This document shows, piece after piece, positions 58,024 to 64,000 of a stretch of 64,000 nucleotides of DNA. The notes under the pieces were generated by a model. It was given only the letters and a program-made list of their open reading frames with translations. It was not told the origin of the DNA and did not search any database. This DNA comes from an uncultured Alphaproteobacteria bacterium (lineage in GTDB: Bacteria; Pseudomonadota; Alphaproteobacteria; Rhizobiales; Kaistiaceae): assembly GCA_963743015.1 (NCBI GenBank), contig CAVUOD010000010.1, positions 84,298 to 148,297 on the forward strand, read 5' to 3'. Each line of letters opens with the position of its first letter. Position 1 is the first letter of the stretch. The translations under genes were made by a program, and so were the position numbers.

Positions 58024-58911
58024 TCAGGCGGCCTTCTGCCTCTGGCGCACGAGATCGGCCAGCCCGACGCGGTCGTATTCCGCCCACACGCTCTGCAGCC
58101 AGTGGCGGACATAGCCGCGCAGGACGAAGGAATAGGTCGCAGGACTTCCGTCGGAGGCCTGGTTGGCGACGAAGGTGGTGAACGGGATTGCGGTCAGCTC
58201 GACCCGCTCGCAGGCCATTTCGTTCAGCCGCGGCACGGAGATTTCCCGCAAGCCCTTGATCTTCTTGAAGTAGCCGTCATAGGTCGCCGGGTCCCACTCG
58301 AAGAACGTCGTGTTGTTGATGAAGTTCTTGACGAGGAAGTGGTGCGCCCCGTTGAGCTGGTCGGCGGTGTCGCTGATCTCCTCCAGCGACGAGATCGAGG
58401 GCCCGAGAATGTGGAAGACGGCGAAATTGAAGTCGCCCTGGCGGGCGGCGTAGAGGAAGCCGATGTCCTCCAGCGCCTTGAGGGTGGTCGACAGCAGCCC
58501 GGCGCGCACGTCGATGAGCGTCACCTCGGCGGCGTTGATGGTGTCGAAGATCTTCATCTGGTCGGCGGCCGAGGTCACGTCGACAACGTCGGTGACGTCG
58601 GGATGGAAGCGCTTGAGCGTGCCTTTCGGCGCCTCGGTGTCGAAGGCGCGCAGCGGGATGTCCTGCGCCGTCAGATAGTCGAGCAAGGTGCGGGTGACCG
58701 TCGTCTTGCCGACGCCGCCCTTGTCGGCGCCGACCAGGATGATGGTCGGCATGACCGCCACCTTGTCGGCTGCCGGCCTCGCCGGCGCCTGGCTGCGGGC
58801 CGGCGGCTTGTCGGCCGGCTGGTCCTTGGCTGGCGTGGCGTCCTTGGCAGGCGACAGGTCCTTGGCCGCCGGCTGATCCTTGACCGGCGTCTTGTCTGGT
58901 GTGTTGAGCAT
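58024..58911 (-). CDS. ParA/MinD/TraL-like P-loop ATPase with an N-terminal PAKD-repeat low-complexity region
   Basis: Deviant Walker A ILVGADKGGVGKTTV and Walker B-like TLIDVRAG. The N-terminus is KTPVKDQPAAKDLSPAKDATPAKDQPADKPPA. Confidence 0.7.
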   Translation of the reverse strand: MLNTPDKTPVKDQPAAKDLSPAKDATPAKDQPADKPPARSQAPARPAADKVAVMPTIILVGADKGGVGKTTVTRTLLDYLTAQDIPLRAFDTEAPKGTLKRFHPDVTDVVDVTSAADQMKIFDTINAAEVTLIDVRAGLLSTTLKALEDIGFLYAARQGDFNFAVFHILGPSISSLEEISDTADQLNGAHHFLVKNFINNTTFFEWDPATYDGYFKKIKGLREISVPRLNEMACERVELTAIPFTTFVANQASDGSPATYSFVLRGYVRHWLQSVWAEYDRVGLADLVRQRQKAA

Positions 58912-59210
58912 TCCCCGTCCTCGGCTTGGCTACGCCCCCCAAGCCGGCCCGCAGCAGCCATCCTCCGCCACAATCGTGGCAGAACGGTAGCAAAGCGGCC
59001 GCGCACCGGCACGGCGCGATTAAGGCGAGTCGCGGCGGGCAGTTCCGATCGTTTCTTCGGGTAGCGACTGAAGCAATCGGAACGTGTTGGCGTGATCCCC
59101 GGGCAACATCTTTTGTCATTGTTGAAAATGCGTAGGAAGCAGATTTACGCCGGCTAACAATTGGAGTGGAGTTGGAACAATAAGAATCAGCGGCGAGGAG
59201 GCCCTCGGCG

Positions 59211-60095
59211 ATGCGGATGCGAGCATGGTTGCTGTCCACGACGTGCCTGTGTGCGCTCGTGGCTGGAGGTGGCGTGCGGGCTGAGGGCCTGCCGTACGGT
59301 TACGGCGGTCTGCCGGATTACGGCCGACCGGCAGTGTCGGCGCCGAACGGCAAGGTCTCGGTCTTCGGCGGCAAGATGGATCCCTCGCTATTCGGCGTCA
59401 CCGGCGCGTTCACTGTGCCGCTCGGCCACAGTTTCGGGTTGCAGGTCGACGGCATGGTTGGCTCGGGCAGAGGGGCCGCTTTCTATGGCTTCGGCGGGCA
59501 TGCCTTCTGGCGCGATCCGGCCAAGGGCCTGCTCGGCATCTATGGCAGCCACGTCAACTGGGAAGCGAGCACAGTCAATGCGTCTGCTCCCGGCGGCGCC
59601 GTGACCGACGTGCTGGGCGCCGACGTCAACAAGTTCGGCGTCGAGGGGGCGGCCTATCTCGGCCGGTGGTCGCTTGAAGGGCTCGCTGGATACCAGTTCG
59701 GCAGCTATACCGGCTTCACCGGCAAGGTGATGCTGGCTGTCTATCCGACCGACAATTTCCGCCTTGACGGCGGGTTCCGCTATCTCAACGGCGTTGGCGC
59801 CATCGGCATGGTCGATGCCGAGTGGCAGCCGCACCAGGGTACGGGCCTGACCGTCTTCGCTTCGGGGTCGCTCGGCGAAAACGACTACAGCCAGGTGCTT
59901 GGCGGGGTGCGGTACTACTTCGGCGATACCGGCAAGTCGCTTATTCGGCGTCATCGCGAGGACGATCCGGGCGTGCCTATGCCCGACGATCTGATCACCT
60001 CGACGGGTGGCACGCATTGCCCGACGGGCACGGTTGCGTACACGCCGATTGACGGCGCAACCATCTGCACTGCGGCCGTCCCCAGCCCTCGCTGA
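59211..60095 (+). CDS. secreted, probably outer-membrane beta-barrel protein (paralogue 2)
   Basis: Signal peptide MRMRAWLLSTTCLCALVAGGGVRA. It shares GKVSVFGG, GLQVDG, FYGFGGHAFWRDPAKGLLGIY, FGVEGAAYLGRWSLEGLAGYQFG and VLGGVRYYFGD with 56269-57132. Confidence 0.6.
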   Translation: MRMRAWLLSTTCLCALVAGGGVRAEGLPYGYGGLPDYGRPAVSAPNGKVSVFGGKMDPSLFGVTGAFTVPLGHSFGLQVDGMVGSGRGAAFYGFGGHAFWRDPAKGLLGIYGSHVNWEASTVNASAPGGAVTDVLGADVNKFGVEGAAYLGRWSLEGLAGYQFGSYTGFTGKVMLAVYPTDNFRLDGGFRYLNGVGAIGMVDAEWQPHQGTGLTVFASGSLGENDYSQVLGGVRYYFGDTGKSLIRRHREDDPGVPMPDDLITSTGGTHCPTGTVAYTPIDGATICTAAVPSPR

Positions 60096-60120
60096 GCGCC
60101 GCGCTCACCTGACCGGCGTG

Positions 60121-60300
60121 CTACAGGCGGGGTGCCAGTCGGTCAGGATACCAGGCTGACGCAATCCTCGAACTTGCCCGAGGGGGAGCGTTCGACGTCT
60201 GGTCCGGGCGCCTGGGGACGTAGCGCAGTTCGATCCGGTCGACGGCGCCGCCATCTGTCAAAGCGAACGCTAGCCCATTGACGGGGCCGTCTCCGGCGGT
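60121..60300 (-). pseudogene. remnant homologous to the C-terminus of the adjacent adenylate-forming enzyme
   Basis: ...AVDRIELRYVPRRPDQTSN... parallels ...ALDRIELRYVRRRADQTND... of the neighbouring gene. The 25-nt string ACGTAGCGCAGTTCGATCCGGTCGA occurs exactly in both. Confidence 0.5.
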
Positions 60301-60317
60301 CCGGTGCGCTTGCCGGT

Positions 60318-61625
60318 TCAAGCGTCTTCGGGCAAGCCGACGACTTCCGGAAATTTCCCCGAGGGCAGGCGGTCGATGCGGTCGACCGCGGTGATGTCGA
60401 CCGACAGCGACGAGTGCAGCGTGCGTCGCAGATAATTTGTCAGGCCCGCAAGGTCGTTCGTCTGGTCGGCGCGTCTCCGCACGTAGCGCAGTTCGATCCG
60501 GTCGAGCGCGGTCTGAATCAACTGGCATTGGACATGCGGGACGAAGCGGTCGATCGCCACGGAGGGCACCATCGGGGTGATACGTGTGCCGTCCGCGAAG
60601 CGGAAGATGTCAATGGCGCGGCCGAGGATGCGCTCCATGATCGGCAGTGTCCGCCCGCAGCCGCATGGCTCTGCGGCGAGCGCACCGAGATCGCCGGTGT
60701 CATAGCGGATGAAGGGCATGGCGTAGTTGTAGAAGGGCGTTGCCACGATGCGGCCCGCGGTGCCATCGGCCACCACGTTTCCATCGTCGTTGACGATCTC
60801 GACCAGGACGAGGTCGCTGGCGATGTGATGCTTGCCGGAATATGGGCAGGTGCCTGAGACGTGCCCGACTTCTGTCAGCCCGTACTGATCCAGCGGAGCG
60901 TGGCCGAGGGTGTGCTTGAGTTCGGCGCGGAGATCGGTCGAGACCATTTCGCCGACGCTCATTACGGCATCGACCTGGATTTGTGGCCCGTCTTCCGCCG
61001 CGACACGCCCGATCTCGCGCAGGTTGGTCGGGTAGCTCCACAGGATGTCGGGGGCGGTGCGGCGAAGCCATTCCACCTGCTGGTGGACCGGTGTCGAGAG
61101 AGCCAGAGTTGCTATTGGACTGTCGGGGTAGGCAATGCGCCAGCCCGTGGCGCGGTGTCCGTGCGGATAGGCGGCCTCAGGCCTGCGGTCGCTGCGAATG
61201 ACAGCCACCAGTGCCGTCGGGTCGAGGCTGTGCCAGGTGAAGAAGCGCTCGTTGGCGCAAGCCGAAGCAATGCGCTGGAGATCGTTGGACAGATGCTGGA
61301 AGGCGCGTCCGGTCGATCCGGAGCTGGCTGCCGTCATGGACCTCGCCGGCAACCGCCGGCAGGCGCGTGGCGCGCAGTGCCTCGCTGTTCTCCTGCGCTT
61401 CCGCGCGCGTCAGGACCGGGATTTCCGTCCAGCGGTCCCAGTCGATGCTATCGTCGGCGCGGAAGACCGGCGCCAGCCGGTCGGCATAGAAGGCGCGTCT
61501 CGGCTGCGGGCATGGCGCAAGAGCCGGTCGAGCAGGCGGCGCTGATAGGCTGCCATGCGGTCGGGCCCTAGGTGCTGGGTTTCATCGAGTGCGGCGAGGA
61601 ACCTGGTAACTGCCGGATCGACCAA
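60318..61625 (-). pseudogene. phenylacetate-CoA ligase / F390-synthetase-like adenylate-forming enzyme, frame breaks near 61503-61517 and near 61334-61338
   Basis: MVDPAVTRFL...YQRRLLDRLLRHAR, then (SETP)FYADRLAPVFRADDSIDWDRWTEIPVLTRAEAQEN...AGEVH, then TAASSGSTGRAFQ (AMP-binding motif)...TPFYNYAMPFIRYDTGD. The first and last segments are in the same frame; the middle segment is offset. Confidence 0.75.
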
Positions 61626-61641
61626 GGCGTTCTGCCCGCAC

Positions 61642-62175
61642 TCACGCCCAGGGCGTCGACAGCCGCAGCAGTTCGCGGAAGCGTTCGGCGGCTGCCTCGG
61701 GGTTGCGTTGCAGGGCAGCGGCGGCGTTTTCGGCCACCGCCGGTGCCAGCGGCTCGCAGATGTCGGCGCCGGTCAGCGCCGTCGCCCTGACGATGTAGAG
61801 AGAGGCGCCGGTGGCCAGCGCCGTCACCTCGTTGGGATAGCGCAGCACAACGTCGGTCATCGGGTCGGAGACGTCGCGCATCATGGCCGAGTAGCTGACG
61901 ACGCGCAGGCTGGCGAGGCATTCGACCAGATCGGCGCACAGCCGCACGAAACGCCGGTGGCCGTTCTCGCCGTTGTCCTTGTCCTGCAGCCTGGCGATCC
62001 AGTTGTTGTAGGCGCGCCAGCGGCCGGCGACGTTGATGTGGACCCTGAGGGTGAAGCGGTCGGCGATGGCGGTCGCCACGGTGTCGATATAGCGGTCGAA
62101 GGTCTGGCGATCGGCCAGTTCGGCCAGGCGCCAGACGCGCTCGTTGCCGGGGCGGTCGGTTGCCTCAAAGGCCAT
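61642..62175 (-). CDS. hypothetical protein (177 aa)
   Basis: Coding-like codon usage. Overlaps the upstream small ORF by 11 nt and lies 17 nt from the ligase-like gene. No family recognised. Confidence 0.5.
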   Translation of the reverse strand: MAFEATDRPGNERVWRLAELADRQTFDRYIDTVATAIADRFTLRVHINVAGRWRAYNNWIARLQDKDNGENGHRRFVRLCADLVECLASLRVVSYSAMMRDVSDPMTDVVLRYPNEVTALATGASLYIVRATALTGADICEPLAPAVAENAAAALQRNPEAAAERFRELLRLSTPWA

Positions 62176-62359
62176 GGCCGAAAAGCTTTCGCACGGCGCG
62201 CCGGATCAGGTCGTTCTGCTGGATGGGGGAGACGGATACGGCATCGGCGAAGACGGACGCGTCGATGTCGGCGAGCCGCTGGCGCGCCGAATTGATCTGG
62301 TCCTCTGCCGGTTCCGGTGCTAATGCAACCGTAAGTCGAACGTCGTCAGTGGAAGACAT
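62165..62359 (-). CDS. hypothetical small acidic protein (64 aa)
   Basis: MSSTDDVRLTVALAPEPAEDQINSARQRLADIDASVFADAVSVSPIQQNDLIRRAVRKLFGHGL. The Shine-Dalgarno is weak. It is the first gene of a putative three-gene unit. Confidence 0.35.
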   Translation of the reverse strand: MSSTDDVRLTVALAPEPAEDQINSARQRLADIDASVFADAVSVSPIQQNDLIRRAVRKLFGHGL

Positions 62360-62426
62360 TACGCCGCCTGTCTTCACCAAGTCTATGTCATGATATGGCA
62401 CTGTCGGCCGGCGACTCAAGGTTGTC

Positions 62427-63047
62427 ATGTATAAATTTCTGAATGTCTTAGTCGTTTTTCTTGTTTTTGCTAGGATTTCCGCGGCATTGGCGGCGGAGTC
62501 CATTATCGGCAGCGTGGTCCGCTGTGAGGGCACCTGTGTCGGCATCAGCGATGGATCGCGCGAATCATTGGCTGGCGGGACGGTTGTGCGGCTGATGGAG
62601 ACGGTGACCACCGGCGATGGTGGCCGCCTCGAACTCCGCTTCGCGGACGACACCCGCCTGATGGTTGGCGAGAAGGCCGAAGTCCTGCTCGACGCGTTCG
62701 TCTTCGATCGCTACGGTGCCAACCGCTTCCACGCGGCGATCACCGGGCCCTTCCGCTACATCTCAGGACCGCTCGGCGCCGGCGCCACACGCGATGCGGG
62801 CATTTCCATGCCCTTGGCGCTGATCGGCGTGCGCGGCACCGACTTCTGGGGCGGCACGATCAATGGCGTGACCGGAGTCGTCGTTCTGGACGGCTCCGTC
62901 TCGGTCACCACCGCCGGCGGTACGGTCATCCTGTCGGCCCCGGGGGAGGGCACCAACCTGTCGACGCACGATGCGCCGCCGAGCCCGGTCAGGCAGTGGT
63001 CGGACGACCGCATCGCCGGAGCCATCGGTTCGGTCAGCTTCCACTGA
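62427..63047 (+). CDS. FecR-domain protein (secreted)
   Basis: Signal peptide MYKFLNVLVVFLVFARISAALA. ...GGTVVRLMETVTTGDGGRLELRFADDTRLMVGEKAEVLLD...LIGVRGTDFW. The gene start is lower in GC. Confidence 0.7.
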   Translation: MYKFLNVLVVFLVFARISAALAAESIIGSVVRCEGTCVGISDGSRESLAGGTVVRLMETVTTGDGGRLELRFADDTRLMVGEKAEVLLDAFVFDRYGANRFHAAITGPFRYISGPLGAGATRDAGISMPLALIGVRGTDFWGGTINGVTGVVVLDGSVSVTTAGGTVILSAPGEGTNLSTHDAPPSPVRQWSDDRIAGAIGSVSFH

Positions 63048-63069
63048 TGCGGTGAAGGGAAAGGCGGGC

Positions 63070-64000
63070 CTACAGCCAGCCGCGGCGCTTGAAATAGAAG
63101 AAGGGCACCAGCGCCGAGACGATCATGGCGCCGATCACCAGCGGATAGGCGAAGGGCCAGTTCAGCTCCGGCATGAAATGGAAGTTCATGCCGTAGAACG
63201 TGCCGATCAGGGTGGGCGGGAAGAAGAAGGTCGACAGCACGGTCAGCACGCGGATCACCTCGTTCTGCTCCACCGAGATGAGGCCGAGGGTGGCGTCGAG
63301 CAGGAAGTTGATCTTGTTCGACAGGAAGGTGACGTGGTCCTCGAGCGAGCGGATGTCGCGGGCGGCCAGCTTCATGCGGGCGCGGTTGTTGCCCTTGGCG
63401 TTGATGCTCGGCGCCGCCAGGCCGGCATACTGGATCAGGCGTTCGAGCGAGGCGAGACTTCTCACGGGCCTTTGCCGCCAGGTCGCCCTGCACGCCGATC
63501 GCCGCGATCAGCTCGGAGAGCTCGCGGCCCTCGTGCGCCGGGTCGCGGCGGCGGGCGAAGACATCCTGGTTGATGCGGTCGACGTCGCCGCTGATGCGTT
63601 CCAGAACGTCGGCGGCGCGGTCGATGATCGCCTCGATCAGGCCGAGGAAGACCGCCGGCGCCGACGAGCAGCCGCTGCCCGGCTTGGAGGCGCGCGTCAG
63701 AAAGTGACGGAGCGCGCGCAGATCGTTGTAGCGCAGCGTGATGATGCGGTCGCCGGCCATGGCGATGGTGAAGGGCGCCAGTTCCGGCGTGCCGGCATCG
63801 ACGCCGGTCATCACCGTCGCGGTCATGAAGGTGGCGCCGTCCTCGGTATAGAGGCGGCTGGAGAACTCGATCTCCTGGGCCTCTTCGCGGGTCGGCACCG
63901 GTGCGCCGAGAAAGCGCTCGGCGGCGCGGTTCTCCTCCGGCGTCGGCTGAGACAGGTCGATCCAGCCGGTCGCCGGCGGCGCCTCGCCGCCTTCCGCTGC
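63070..64000 (-). pseudogene. corA: magnesium/cobalt transporter CorA (5' end beyond the window), frame broken near 63458-63462
   Basis: ...WIDLSQPTPEENRAAERFLGAPVPTREEAQEIEFSSRLY...GVQGDLAAKARE joins SLASLERLIQYAG...TVLSTFFFPPTLIGTFYGMNF (GMN motif). The junction GAG-A-AGT fits one extra A. Confidence 0.85.

Overview
High-GC (about 67-68%) chromosomal segment with gene content and repeat families typical of an alphaproteobacterium of the Rhizobiales/Hyphomicrobiales type. It is mostly core housekeeping: prs, pgeF, lgt, midA-like methyltransferase, proC, ilvE, cspA, sqr, uvrB, modEABC, aspartate aminotransferase and corA. These are interleaved with small accessory genes. No rRNA, canonical tRNA, CRISPR array, transposase or integrase was seen. 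Five things stand out. (1) A Ro60/TROVE-vWA (Rsr-like) gene is preceded on the same strand by about 855 nt of six tandem Y-RNA-like modules. Three of the modules carry circularly permuted tRNA-like (YrlA-type) domains. (2) A solitary TIR-NB-ARC-TPR STAND gene sits between ilvE and cspA. (3) Two paralogous beta-barrel-like secreted proteins bracket a pair of ParA/TraL-like ATPases, one of which has a degenerate Walker A. (4) A DUF559 endonuclease gene is bracketed by inverted copies of a 38-39 nt repeat; another copy of this family lies in-frame inside the uvrB tail. (5) Two unannotated micro-ORFs were found: a 30-aa Lys-rich peptide, and a 51-aa His/Met/Gly-rich tail-anchored peptide coupled by an ATGA overlap to a DUF4396 gene. 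At least 13 frame breaks hit essential or conserved genes, and every one I could resolve looks like a single extra base. That pattern points to consensus or assembly error rather than gene decay. Many long ORFs in the six-frame track are antisense high-GC artefacts and were not called.
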